Source: a bacterium (lineage in GTDB: Bacteria > UBA8248). From it: a stretch of DNA of 64,000 nucleotides. Below, in pieces: positions 28,385 through 37,889 of this stretch. A model generated the notes under the pieces. That model saw nothing but the letters and a program-made list of their open reading frames with translations, was not told where the DNA came from and ran no database searches. Numbering within the stretch: position 1 is the stretch's first letter; each line of letters opens with the position of its first letter. Both the position numbers and the translations under genes were made by a program. The DNA lies in the NCBI GenBank assembly GCA_965199855.1, contig OZ241326.1, positions 64,001 to 128,000 on the forward strand, given 5' to 3'.

Positions 28385-29965
28385 TCAAAGTCCCTTCTCG
28401 ATGAGATATTCCACCGGATTGTAGTCGTCCGTCAAAACCGGGCCGTAGAGGCGCGGCGGGGGGGGCGCCACGCGGGCGCGCGCGGCGAACCGGAACTTCG
28501 GGTCGCGGCGCATCCGCTCCTCCAGACGGCGGAAGCGGCCCGCCTCCCGATCCCGGAAGCCGAAGAGGAGGATGTTCTGCGGCTGGGCGGGCGCGTCGGG
28601 GTCGGTGCTGTAGAGGAGCAGGTCGGGAAACGCCGTCTTCATGGTGCGATAGACGGAGGCGTATATCGCGCTTCCGGGGCCCGAGCGGTAGCCGATGAGG
28701 TTCAGCATGAACGCGCCGCCGGGCGCCAGGCGCGCGCGCGCCTCCTCGAAAAACTCCCGGGTGACCAGGTGCGGCGGGATGTTCCGCAGACCGCGGTAGG
28801 CGTCGCCCACGATGAGGTCGTACGTCCGCCCCGAGCGCCTCAGGACGCGCCTGCCGTCTCCCGCCACCGTCTCGATATCCGGAAACTCGCCGAGGCGGAA
28901 GAACCTGCGCCCCGCCCGGACGACCTCCTCGTCGAGCTCCACGACGGCTATCTCCGTCTCCGGCCTCATCAGGCGCAGCGCCTTGGGCATCGTGAACGCG
29001 CCGCCGCCGATGAAAATCGCCCTCCTCATGCGGGGGACGAACAGCGGCGCCAGCTCCAGAAACCGGGTGTATTCATAGAAATACCCGCGGGCGTCGCCCA
29101 GTACCATCGCCCCCTCGGGCTGATGATCCAGAAACAGCTCGCGCACCCGCCGGCCGTCCTCCCCGGCGCGCTCGAACACGCGAATCATGTGGTACATGTT
29201 CTCCCCCGCCCAGATCGCCTCCTTTCCGACGCCGGGGAGGGCGCGCAGCCACGCCGCGCCCGCCAGCGCCGAGAGCGAGGCGAACGCCGCCATAAGCAGG
29301 CTCGCCCGCGCGCTTCGCTTCGAGAAGAGGCCCGCGAGCTCGCCGGAAAGCCAGAGCCCCGCGAGCGCCGTGAGCATGAGCGCGCCCGCCGTCGTCAGGA
29401 AGATGCCGTTCAGCCCGAAGAAGGGGATGAAGACGAAGCCCGTCGCGAAGGTTCCCACGATGCTCCCGACGGTGGACCAGGTGAAGAGGCCGCCCGTCAC
29501 CGCCCCGATGCTCCCGTCTCCCCGCGCGGCGAGCTTCACGGCGAAGGGCGTCAGCGTGGCGAGGACGCAGCCCGGCGCGGCGAAAAGCGCGAGCCCGGCG
29601 AACACCGGGCCCGCCCGGAGGCTGAAGCCCTCCTCCATCGAGGGAAGCAGAAGCCCCCGCAGCGCCGGGACTAGAGCCACCAGGCTCGCGCCGGCCAGCA
29701 TGAGCGCGAAGAACAGCCTGGGCGAGGGTCTCCGATCCGCGAGCCTCCCCCCGATGGAATAGCCCAGGCTCAGCGCGGCGAGGATGACGCCGATCATCGA
29801 GGTCCACGTGTAGAGCGTGTTGCCGAAATGGGGAGCGAGCACGCGCCCCGCGGCGATCTCCAGCGCGAGAATCGAGCCGCCGGAGAGAAAAACCGCGAAA
29901 TGCAGATACCAGCCCGCCACTCCCCCCGCTTCGGTCTGGCGCGCGCGCCCGGGCCGCTTCGACAC
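28385..29965 (-). CDS. Fused membrane domain / spermidine synthase-like methyltransferase
   Basis: About 7 N-terminal TM helices; IGGGAFT, VELDEEV, GDGR and VLTDDYNPVE motifs. Confidence 0.88.
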   Translation of the reverse strand: MSKRPGRARQTEAGGVAGWYLHFAVFLSGGSILALEIAAGRVLAPHFGNTLYTWTSMIGVILAALSLGYSIGGRLADRRPSPRLFFALMLAGASLVALVPALRGLLLPSMEEGFSLRAGPVFAGLALFAAPGCVLATLTPFAVKLAARGDGSIGAVTGGLFTWSTVGSIVGTFATGFVFIPFFGLNGIFLTTAGALMLTALAGLWLSGELAGLFSKRSARASLLMAAFASLSALAGAAWLRALPGVGKEAIWAGENMYHMIRVFERAGEDGRRVRELFLDHQPEGAMVLGDARGYFYEYTRFLELAPLFVPRMRRAIFIGGGAFTMPKALRLMRPETEIAVVELDEEVVRAGRRFFRLGEFPDIETVAGDGRRVLRRSGRTYDLIVGDAYRGLRNIPPHLVTREFFEEARARLAPGGAFMLNLIGYRSGPGSAIYASVYRTMKTAFPDLLLYSTDPDAPAQPQNILLFGFRDREAGRFRRLEERMRRDPKFRFAARARVAPPPPRLYGPVLTDDYNPVEYLIEKGL

Positions 29966-30109
29966 CGCTCGCTCCTCGAAAGGAAAAGCCGCACTCTATG
30001 GCAGGCGGGGCGCGGAGGCAAGCCTCGGCTCCGCCTGGATTTTTTCGCGCCGATGGCGCATAAAGGGAGCCGCGAGCGCCGCGATTTTTCCGGAAACTGA
30101 GAAGAGGCC

Positions 30110-30799
30110 TTGGCTTTCGATAAGGTGTATCCATCCTCCCGAGCCGCCGTCGCCGACATTCCCGACGGCGCGACCATCCTGCTGGGCGGGTTCGGCGGCG
30201 CGGGCATTCCCGAGAACCTCCTCGTCGCCATGGCCTCGCACCCGGCGCGCGATCTGACCGTCGTCACCAACCACGCGGGCTTCGGCGAGCGGGGACTCGC
30301 CGTTCTGCTGCGCCAGGGCAAGGTGCGGAAAATCATCTGCAGCTACGCCTTCCACAAGAGCGCGTTCGTGTTCCGGGAGCTGTTCCTGGCGGGGAAAATC
30401 GAGCTTGAGCAGATACCCCAGGGGACCATGGCCGAGAGAATCCGCGCGGCGGGCGCCGGGATTCCCGCCTTCTACACGCCGACGGGCGTGGGCACGCAGG
30501 CGGCGGAGGGAAAGGAGACCCGCGTCATCGACGGGCGCGAGACCCTGCTGGAATACCCCCTGCCCGGAGACGTCGCCGTCATCAAGGCCCACCGCGCCGA
30601 CGGCATGGGCAACCTCACCTACCGGGGCACCGCCGCGAACTTCAACCCCGTCATGGCGGCGGCCGCTCCGCTCACCATCGCCGAGGTGGAGGAAATCGTG
30701 GCGCCCGGCGAGATCGCCCCCGAACACGTGCACACGCCGTCGATCTACGTGCAGAGGGTCGCGCGAGGAGAAGACCTTGGCCTCCGATCAGAGACTTGA
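30110..30799 (+). CDS. 3-oxoacid CoA transferase subunit A
   Basis: GGFGGAGIPENL, PQGTMAERIRAAGAGIPAFYTPTG and NFNP motifs. Confidence 0.93.
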   Translation: MAFDKVYPSSRAAVADIPDGATILLGGFGGAGIPENLLVAMASHPARDLTVVTNHAGFGERGLAVLLRQGKVRKIICSYAFHKSAFVFRELFLAGKIELEQIPQGTMAERIRAAGAGIPAFYTPTGVGTQAAEGKETRVIDGRETLLEYPLPGDVAVIKAHRADGMGNLTYRGTAANFNPVMAAAAPLTIAEVEEIVAPGEIAPEHVHTPSIYVQRVARGEDLGLRSET

Positions 30800-31472
30800 A
30801 GCCCGCGCCCTGCGGCCGGCCGACATGGCGCGGCGCGTGGCGGCGGAGCTGCCCGAAGGCGCCGTGGTGAACCTGGGGATAGGCATCCCCACGCTGGCGG
30901 CGAACTACGTGGCGGCCGACCGCGGGGTGATGTTCATGGCGGAGAACGGCGTCATCGGCGCAGGTCCCCGGCCCGCGCCCGGCCAAGAGGACAAGGACTA
31001 CATCAACGCGTCGAGAGAGCCCATCACCGCGCTTCCGGGCGCCTCGGTGTTCGGACACGCCGACGCCTTCGCCATGATCCGCGGAGGCCACGTGGATATC
31101 GCCGTCATGGGCGCCCTCCAGGTCTCCGCGCGGGGCGACCTGGCGAACTGGACGGTGCCGGGGCTGGGCAAGGGCGGCATCGGCGGGGCGATGGACCTCG
31201 CCGCCGGCGCGGGCGAGGTCTATGCCGTGATGACCCACACCATGAAGGACGGCGGCCTGAAGCTGCTGAACGAATGCTCCTATCCCCTCACCGCGCGGGG
31301 GGTGGTCTCCAAACTCTTCACCGACATCGCCGTCATCGAGTTCGCTCCCGACGGCCCGCGTCTGAGAGAAGTGGCCGCCGGCCTCTCCGTCGAGGACGTG
31401 CAGCGCGTGAGCGAACCCAGGCTCATATCGGGCGAGCCGCCCGGCGCGATGACGCGCGGGGAGCCGGACTAG
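30777..31472 (+). CDS. 3-oxoacid CoA transferase subunit B
   Basis: TTG at 30777 after GAGGAG; VNLGIGIPT, AENG (catalytic Glu) and GGAMDL motifs. Confidence 0.92.
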   Translation: MASDQRLEARALRPADMARRVAAELPEGAVVNLGIGIPTLAANYVAADRGVMFMAENGVIGAGPRPAPGQEDKDYINASREPITALPGASVFGHADAFAMIRGGHVDIAVMGALQVSARGDLANWTVPGLGKGGIGGAMDLAAGAGEVYAVMTHTMKDGGLKLLNECSYPLTARGVVSKLFTDIAVIEFAPDGPRLREVAAGLSVEDVQRVSEPRLISGEPPGAMTRGEPD

Positions 31473-31503
31473 AGAATTCCTTTCATTCACGGGAGCGGGC
31501 CTC

Positions 31504-31932
31504 ATGGGATACAGCGCGGGAAACGTCATCGTCACCACCCTTCACGTCCTGAGCGCCATCCTGGCGGTCGGAGGCGTCGCCTTTCTCCGCTTCGTCGTCC
31601 TGCCGACGGCGAAGGGGCTGCCCGAAGCCGAGCGCGGGCCGTTTCTCAAGAGCGTCCAGCGGAGGTTCACGCCGATTCTGCACGGCTCCTTTCTGCTGCT
31701 GCTCCTGACGGGGCTTCACCACGTCGCCCGCCTCGTTCGGAGCGGCCTCGCCGTTCCGGGGGCGCTGATCGTCAAGATCGTCCTCGCCCTCGTCATCATC
31801 TTCGTGGGCGTCGCGCTCACCATGCCGCGCGGCTTCGAGGGCATGAAGGCCAGGCGCGGCGCCTGGCTCCTGTTCAACCTGATCCTCGCGCTCGTCGTCG
31901 TCTATCTGGGCGTCTCGGTCACCCACGGATAG
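31504..31932 (+). CDS. Small four-TM membrane protein (CopD-like)
   Basis: LHVLSAILAVGG and four hydrophobic helices. Confidence 0.7.
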   Translation: MGYSAGNVIVTTLHVLSAILAVGGVAFLRFVVLPTAKGLPEAERGPFLKSVQRRFTPILHGSFLLLLLTGLHHVARLVRSGLAVPGALIVKIVLALVIIFVGVALTMPRGFEGMKARRGAWLLFNLILALVVVYLGVSVTHG

Positions 31933-31956
31933 CGCCCTCAAAGGGGAGCGGACGCG

Positions 31957-32958
31957 ATGCGCGCGGGATGGTATGAGCAAAAGGGCGGGGCGCGCGAGGT
32001 CATCGAGGTCGGGGAGATGGAGGCGCCCGAGCCCGGCGCGGGCGAAATCCGGGTGAGGCTCCGCGCCTCGGGCGTGAACCCGACGGACTGCAAGCGCCGC
32101 GCCGGCCAGGGCGCGGAGGACTGGGGCTACTACCGGCACTTCCCGGACTATCCGAGAATCATCCCCAACAACGACGGCGCGGGCGTCGTGGAGAAGCTGG
32201 GGCCCGGCGCGGCGGGGCATGAAGTCGGGGCGCGGGCATGGGTCTTCAACGCGCGCTACAGGCGCGCCTTCGGCGCGGCGGCGCAATACGTCTGCCTGCC
32301 CGCGCGGCTCCTGGCGCCCCTGCCGGAGGGGGCTTCGTTCGCGCAGGGGGCGTGCCTGGGGATTCCCGCCATGACGGCGCACCGCTGCCTCTTCGCCGAC
32401 GGCGCCATAGCGGACAAGACGGTGCTGGTGACCGGCGGCGCGGGCCGCGTGGGCCGCTGCGCGATACAGCTGGCGAAGCGGGCGGGGGCGCGCGTCATCG
32501 CCACGGTGAGCTCCAACGCCAAGGCGAGGCTGGCGGAGGAGGCCGATCACCTCGTCAACTACCGCGAGGAGGACGCGGCGGGGAGAATTCTGGAGATCAC
32601 CGGCGGCGAGGGCGTGGATCGCGTCGTGGACGTGAATCTGGGCGTGAACTGGGAGACGAACTACAAAATCCTGAAAACCGGCGGGGTGATCGCCTCCTAT
32701 TCCTCCATGGGAGACCGCGCGCCCCGCTTTCCCCACTACGAGCTCATGCTCGGCAACGTCACCATCCGCCTGGTGATGATTCACTGCTGCCCGCCCGACG
32801 CCCTGGCGCAGGCGGCGCGGGACGTCTCCCGCGCCCTTGAGGAGGGCGCGCTCCGCCCCCATGTCGCCAAACGCTTCCCGCTCGATGATCTCGCGGGCGC
32901 GCACGAGGCCGTGGAGCGGGACGAGGCGGCGGGCCACGTGGTGGTGGATATCGACTGA
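31957..32958 (+). CDS. NADPH:quinone reductase (MDR family)
   Basis: ASGVNPTD, GIPAMTAHR and LVTGGAGRVG motifs. Confidence 0.92.
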   Translation: MRAGWYEQKGGAREVIEVGEMEAPEPGAGEIRVRLRASGVNPTDCKRRAGQGAEDWGYYRHFPDYPRIIPNNDGAGVVEKLGPGAAGHEVGARAWVFNARYRRAFGAAAQYVCLPARLLAPLPEGASFAQGACLGIPAMTAHRCLFADGAIADKTVLVTGGAGRVGRCAIQLAKRAGARVIATVSSNAKARLAEEADHLVNYREEDAAGRILEITGGEGVDRVVDVNLGVNWETNYKILKTGGVIASYSSMGDRAPRFPHYELMLGNVTIRLVMIHCCPPDALAQAARDVSRALEEGALRPHVAKRFPLDDLAGAHEAVERDEAAGHVVVDID

Positions 32959-33013
32959 GCGCGCCGCCGCCCCCGGAAAACGAGCATTCCCCCCGAAAAT
33001 TCCGCGTCCGAAT

Positions 33014-33029
33014 TGTTCCACGTGGAACA
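33014..33029. promoter_or_regulatory. parS: parS centromere-like site
   Basis: TGTTCCACGTGGAACA inside the perfect 20-bp palindrome ATTGTTCCACGTGGAACAAT (33012-33031); intergenic. Confidence 0.85.
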
Positions 33030-33350
33030 ATCGCGCGCGTCTGCCCGCATTTGCCCGCATCTGCGCTTCCGCGGAAGCGGCCGACAGGGTTATATTTCCG
33101 GCGTGGGGGAATTGCGCCTCCGGAAGGGGGGAAGACGGAAGAATCGGGGGCCGGGCGGGATGGTCAAAGGGGTCTCTAAAAGGTGGAAAACAGCTCTCTA
33201 TTTGCAGGATAAAGCCGTGAATTTGTCTGATTTTGCAGAAATTCGCAGACATTCACGCGCGGCGTTTCGGCGCGATCGATTCTTCCCCAAACGCCCGGGG
33301 AAACGCCTCCGCCCGGCGAATTCTCCGGCGCGGGAGGCTCCCGAATTGTC

Positions 33351-33887
33351 GGGCGACCCCGGGGAAGGGCCGTCCCTACGGGTGAGGGCGATGACGGTTT
33401 CGTAGGGGCGGTTCGGGAACCGCCCGCGCGTGGCCACCGATCGAAACGGGACGCATGAATGCGTCCCCTACGGTCGAGGCAACCGGTTTTCCGGCGGCGG
33501 ACGGGCGGGGACGGCGACGGTTTCGTAGGGGGCGCATATATGCGCCCCGCCCGTCCTTCGGCGCGGGGCGCGGGCTTCATCATTTCGCAGGGACAACCCC
33601 CTGTGGTTGTCCGTCATTGACGATGGGGAACGATTACAATCCCCTGGATTCCGGCCTTCGCCGGAATGACGGCGGGGGACGAAAATGGTTTCGTAGGGGC
33701 GGTTCGTGAACCGCCCGTTTTCAAGAACGATTCGCATCGGAGGCGGCGGGGCGCTCCCGAACGCCCCCTACGGGATGGCCGCGCGTCGTCGGGACGCGAA
33801 CGCGGCGAGGGACAACCACAGGAGGTTGTCCCTGCGAAAGCAATCCATTCGGCCGCCGCCGGCGGGCGATTCGGGAACCGCCCTTGC
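33351..33887. repeat. Cluster of about 10 REP palindromes (GTAG-family plus one CGTC-family), BIME/REPIN-like
   Basis: GTAG/GCAG-headed hairpins at 33402, 33525, 33587 and 33693; reverse copies at 33351-33379, 33448-33471, 33748-33771, 33808-33835 and 33864-33887; CTGGATTCCGGCCTTCGCCGGAATGACG at 33644-33671. Confidence 0.85.
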
Positions 33888-33927
33888 GGAAGAGTGATCA
33901 CGGTGGACAGCCCCCCCCGCGCGCTTC

Positions 33928-35160
33928 TCACGCGCCGGGCGCGATCCCCAGTTTTCTGAATCCCGACTCCAGGGCGTCGAGCGCCCTGTCGATTTGCGCC
34001 TCGGCGTGGGTCGCCATGAGGGTGGCCCGGAGCCTGCTCGTTCCCGGAGGCACCGTGGGCGGGCGAACCGCCAGCAGATAGACGCCCGCGGCCATCATGT
34101 AGTCCGCCAGGGCGAGCGCCTTTTCCGCCTCCCCGACGACGATCGGGAAAATCGGGACTTCCGCCCCGGGCGGCGGCGCGTCCGCGGCGACGCCGATGCG
34201 GCGCAGCCCGGCGCGAAAGCGCGCGCACAGACCCCTCAAATTCTCCCGGCGGCGCGCTCCCTCCTCGCCCGAGGCGAGGCGAAGGGCGGCGCGGGCGGCG
34301 GCGGCGGCGGCGGGCGGCGGGCTGGTCGAGTAGATGTAGGGGCGCGCCCGGTTGACGAGATAGTCCGCCGCGAGGGAATCCGCGCAGGCGAACGCGCCGC
34401 AGGAGGCGAGCGCCTTGCCCAGCGTGCCCATGGAGACGTCGATTTCCTCCTGCACCCCGAACCAGGCACCGCACCCCCCGCCCCGCTCGCCGAGCACCCC
34501 CGTGCCGTGGGCGTCGTCCACCAGCAGCATGGCGCCGCGGGCGCGCGCGAGGGCGCAGATGTCGGGAAGCGGCGCCAGGTCGCCGTCCATGCTGAACACC
34601 CCGTCCGTCACGATGAGCCTGCGCCGGGCGGAGGCGGCCTTCCTCAGGGCGTCCTCCAGGCGGTTCGCGTCCCCGTGGGGATAGACGTGGACGCGCGCCC
34701 GGGAGAGCCGGCACCCGTCCACGATGCTCGCGTGGTTGAGCTCGTCGCTGAAGACGGCGTCGCCCGCCCCGGCCAGTGCGGTGATGATGCCCAGGTTCGC
34801 CAGGAATCCCGACCCGAAGACGACCGCCCCCTCCTTCTCCTTGAAGGCGGCCAAGGCGCGCGCCAGCGCCTCGTGGTCTTCCATGTGGCCGGAGATCAGG
34901 GGAGAGGCGGACGCGCTCGCGCCCGAGGCGCGCAGGGCCTCCGCGGCCGCCCCGATGACGGCGGGATGATTCGCCAGACCCAGATAGTTGTTGCCCGAAA
35001 GGTTGATGAGGGTCTCGCCGCCGAAGCGCGCGGTCGGCCCCTGCCCCCCCTCCAGGACGCGCAGCCGCCGGCGCAGGTTCGCCGCCGAGAGCTCGCGCAG
35101 CTCCTCCGCCATCCGCGTCTTCCAGTCCCCCGGGGGGGCGCTTTCGCCGGCCTCGTCCAT
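33928..35160 (-). CDS. bioF: 8-amino-7-oxononanoate synthase
   Basis: NNYLGLANHP, DELNHASIVDG, DGVFSMDGD, DDAHG, GTLGKA and RPPTVP motifs. Confidence 0.93.
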   Translation of the reverse strand: MDEAGESAPPGDWKTRMAEELRELSAANLRRRLRVLEGGQGPTARFGGETLINLSGNNYLGLANHPAVIGAAAEALRASGASASASPLISGHMEDHEALARALAAFKEKEGAVVFGSGFLANLGIITALAGAGDAVFSDELNHASIVDGCRLSRARVHVYPHGDANRLEDALRKAASARRRLIVTDGVFSMDGDLAPLPDICALARARGAMLLVDDAHGTGVLGERGGGCGAWFGVQEEIDVSMGTLGKALASCGAFACADSLAADYLVNRARPYIYSTSPPPAAAAAARAALRLASGEEGARRRENLRGLCARFRAGLRRIGVAADAPPPGAEVPIFPIVVGEAEKALALADYMMAAGVYLLAVRPPTVPPGTSRLRATLMATHAEAQIDRALDALESGFRKLGIAPGA

Positions 35161-35292
35161 GCGGGCATTGTAGAAAACCGGGGCGCGCCGGAAAAGCGGG
35201 AGGGCGGAAACCCTTGCGCCGCGCGGGGGATGGTGTCATTTTCAGCGCGAGCCGCCGCGCGGATTTCTCTCGACCGGGAAGGGCTTTCTCTC

Positions 35293-35667
35293 TTGAACTG
35301 GCTTTGGGTGGCGGGCGGCGGCGCCCTCGGCAGCGCGCTGCGCTACGGATGCGCCCTCGGCGTCCAGAGGTGGGCGGGCGGGAGCTGGCCCCTCGGCACG
35401 CTGGCGGTCAACCTGCTGGGCTCCTTCCTCATCGGCGGGACGTTCGGCCTGCTCCTCGTCCGGGATTCCCCGGGCGAGGGGGCGCGCCTGTTCCTCACGG
35501 CCGGCCTGCTGGGGGGATTCACCACCTTCTCCGCCTTCAGCATGGAGACCCTGCGCCTCCTCCAGGAGGGCGCCTGGCTCCCCGCCGCCCTCTACGTCGC
35601 GCTCTCGGCGGCGGGCGGCCTCCTCGCCGCCTGGGCGGGCTTCCAGCTCGCCGCCTGGCTGGCGTGA
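35293..35667 (+). CDS. crcB: Fluoride efflux channel FluC/CrcB
   Basis: GGALGSALRY, PLGTLAVNLLGS and GLLGGFTTFSAF motifs; TTG start at 35293. Confidence 0.93.
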   Translation: MNWLWVAGGGALGSALRYGCALGVQRWAGGSWPLGTLAVNLLGSFLIGGTFGLLLVRDSPGEGARLFLTAGLLGGFTTFSAFSMETLRLLQEGAWLPAALYVALSAAGGLLAAWAGFQLAAWLA

Positions 35668-35692
35668 CGGGGGCAAAAAAGTAATGATATAC

Positions 35693-35732
35693 TTGACACA
35701 CGTTGAATCATAGCCTATATTACGTGTATAAT
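35693..35732 (+). promoter_or_regulatory. sigma70 promoter(s) overlapping the left IS end
   Basis: TTGACA-17 nt-TATATT and TTGAAT-18 nt-TATAAT upstream of the AGGAGAGG RBS and ATG 35748. Confidence 0.65.
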
Positions 35733-35747
35733 CAAACAGGAGAGGCT

Positions 35748-36667
35748 ATGATGCAATTCAACAACCTGCTGGAAATGGTAGAGACTTTCGACTCCGAGGA
35801 AAAGTGCATAGAGCATCTGGCGGCCTTGCGCTGGCCGGACAGGGTTATTTGCCCGAAGTGCGGATGCTTCGAGCATATCAACCCTATCAGGACGCGCAAC
35901 CTCTGGTGGTGCGGCGATTGCAAGAGACAATTCAGCGTCCGCATCGGGACGATATTCGAGGAGAGCCGCATCAGCCTCAAAAAATGGTTCAAGGCGATCT
36001 GGCTCATCACGAGCCACAAGAAGAGCATCAGTTCTCATCAGCTGGCCCGCGATATCGGCGTCACGCAGAAGACGGCGTGGTTTCTCAATCACCGCATCCG
36101 CGAGGTGATGGCCGAAATGGACAACGGCGGCGGTCTGTTCGGCGTGGTGGAGATAGACGATACCTATATCGGCGGCAAGGAAAAGAACAAGCACAACAAC
36201 AAGCGGACGCTCGGGAGTCAGGGGCGAAGCGGCAAGACGAAAGCGCGGTTATCGGCATGAAGGAGCGGGGCGGCAATCTCCGCGCCTTCAAGGTGGACAA
36301 CCTCAGAGGCGATACGATCCGCGTGGTGGTGAGCAAGAACGTGATCCCCGGATCCCACATCATCACGGACGAGTTCAGGGGCTATCGGGTCGTGGCGGAA
36401 GCCTACGCGCATGACAGCGTGAATCACTCCAAAGACGAATACGGGCGCGCCTCGCTCCATACGAACACCATCGAAAACGCATGGTCGTTGTTCAAGCGCG
36501 GCATCGTGGGCATCTACCACAAGATCAGCGACAAGCACCTGCAACGATACCTTGATGAGCTCATGGCGCGGGCGAACACGCGGGAGATCGCCGACCATGA
36601 GCGCGTCAACCGCTTTCTCGCGGGCGTCCACGGCCACCGCCTCACCTACGCGGAGTTCAAGTCGTGA
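35748..36667 (+). pseudogene. IS1595/ISXO2-like transposase, frameshifted near 36243
   Basis: Zn ribbon CPKC...CGDC, HTH SSHQLARDIGVTQKTAW and VEIDDTYIGG in the first frame; TDEF...VNHS...HTNTIENAWSLFKRGI.G.YHKIS.KHLQRYLDE in a second frame. Confidence 0.88.
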
Positions 36668-37587
36668 GCGGGCTGTCGTTCGAGCAGGCGCCGAGTTACG
36701 CGGCGAAGCCCGCCGCGCCGCGTGATACGTTCGTCAATATCGTCCACGGCGACTGCCTTGAAAAAATGCGGGAGATTGAGCCGGCAACAGTTCACCTGGT
36801 TGTCACCGACCCGCCCTATTTCCTCGACGGACTCGATGAGAAGTGGCGCAAGGGCAAGGCGGACGCGACAAGGGGGACGGGCGCGATAGGCGGCTTGCCC
36901 GTCGGGATGAAGTTCGACCCGGAGCAAGGGCGGCGGCTTCAAGCGTTCATGGGCGAATGCGGCGGTCTGATGCTGGACGCCATGAAGCCCGGAGCCTTCG
37001 CCGCCGTTTTCTCACAGCCCAGGCTGGCGCACCGCATGGCGTCAGGATTGGAAGATGCGGGGTTCGAGATACGCGACCTGCTGGCGTGGCACTTCACGCG
37101 GCGGGCGCAGTTCAAGGCGTTTTCGATGGATCACTTCGTGGACAAGATGAAAATCCCGACCGCCCGCAAGCGGACGATGAAGCGGGAATTGGCGGGGAGA
37201 AAAACGCCGCAGCTGCGCCCGCAGTTTGAGGCCGTCGTTCTCGCCCAGAAACCACGCGAGGGGACGTTCGTGAACAACTGGCTTGCCCACGAGACAGGGC
37301 TGATGGACGCATCCGCCAGCCTCGACGGAACCGCTCCGGCTACGGTGATGACGGTTGAGAAACCACACGACAGGAACGGACACCTCACGCCCAAGCCTAT
37401 CCTTCTTTGCGAACACCTGATCAATCTGTTCTCCAAGCCGGGGCAGGTCGTGCTTGATCCGTTCCTCGGAAGCGGCGCAACGGCAATCGCCGCCATGCGA
37501 ACGGGGCGCTCCTGCATCGGGATCGAGATCGAAGCAGACTACGCCCAAATGGCGGAAGAGAGACGACTGAGGGAGGCGCAACGATGA
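36664..37587 (+). CDS. N6/N4 DNA methyltransferase (IS passenger)
   Basis: VVTDPPY, HLTPKP and VLDPFLGSG motifs; GTGA overlap with the transposase. Confidence 0.92.
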   Translation: MSGLSFEQAPSYAAKPAAPRDTFVNIVHGDCLEKMREIEPATVHLVVTDPPYFLDGLDEKWRKGKADATRGTGAIGGLPVGMKFDPEQGRRLQAFMGECGGLMLDAMKPGAFAAVFSQPRLAHRMASGLEDAGFEIRDLLAWHFTRRAQFKAFSMDHFVDKMKIPTARKRTMKRELAGRKTPQLRPQFEAVVLAQKPREGTFVNNWLAHETGLMDASASLDGTAPATVMTVEKPHDRNGHLTPKPILLCEHLINLFSKPGQVVLDPFLGSGATAIAAMRTGRSCIGIEIEADYAQMAEERRLREAQR

Positions 37588-37889
37588 ACGGTATCCGGCC
37601 CAAGCAATTCGCTCGCATGGGAGAGTTCCACCTGGAAGAAGCCGTGCTGGACGTCCTGCTTGAAGCGAAGCACGAGAGCGAATGCCTGGGAGCGGCGGAA
37701 ATCAGCAAGCGGGCGGGCATCTATCGGGAACGCGGATCGGAGGACATTATGAATGACGCCATCGTTCATGGTCTGCTGGCGAAGCTGGCAGACGCAAACC
37801 GCGTTCAAAGATGCACGCAACAGAATCAGCGCGGCGGATGGGAGATCACGGACAGGGAGTTCGCTATCCGAAGGGACGACGTGCGTTAA
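37584..37889 (+). CDS. Small hypothetical protein, winged-helix-like (IS passenger)
   Basis: ATGA coupling to the methyltransferase; AAEISKRAGI helix-turn-helix-like segment and GGWEITD wing; the stop codon lies inside the right TIR. Confidence 0.65.
   Translation: MNGIRPKQFARMGEFHLEEAVLDVLLEAKHESECLGAAEISKRAGIYRERGSEDIMNDAIVHGLLAKLADANRVQRCTQQNQRGGWEITDREFAIRRDDVR

Noticed and set aside
32960-33350. oriC or dif site
   Set aside because: No DnaA-box cluster, AT-rich unwinding element or XerC/D consensus was seen.
33351-33887. CRISPR array
   Set aside because: The repeats are heterogeneous, occur in both orientations and are irregularly spaced, and no cas genes are present; REP elements fit better.
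35221-35292. Fluoride riboswitch upstream of crcB (GGGGATGGTGTC)
   Set aside because: Only the first few bases resemble the consensus; no P1 complement or downstream GCTGATGAC-type element is visible.
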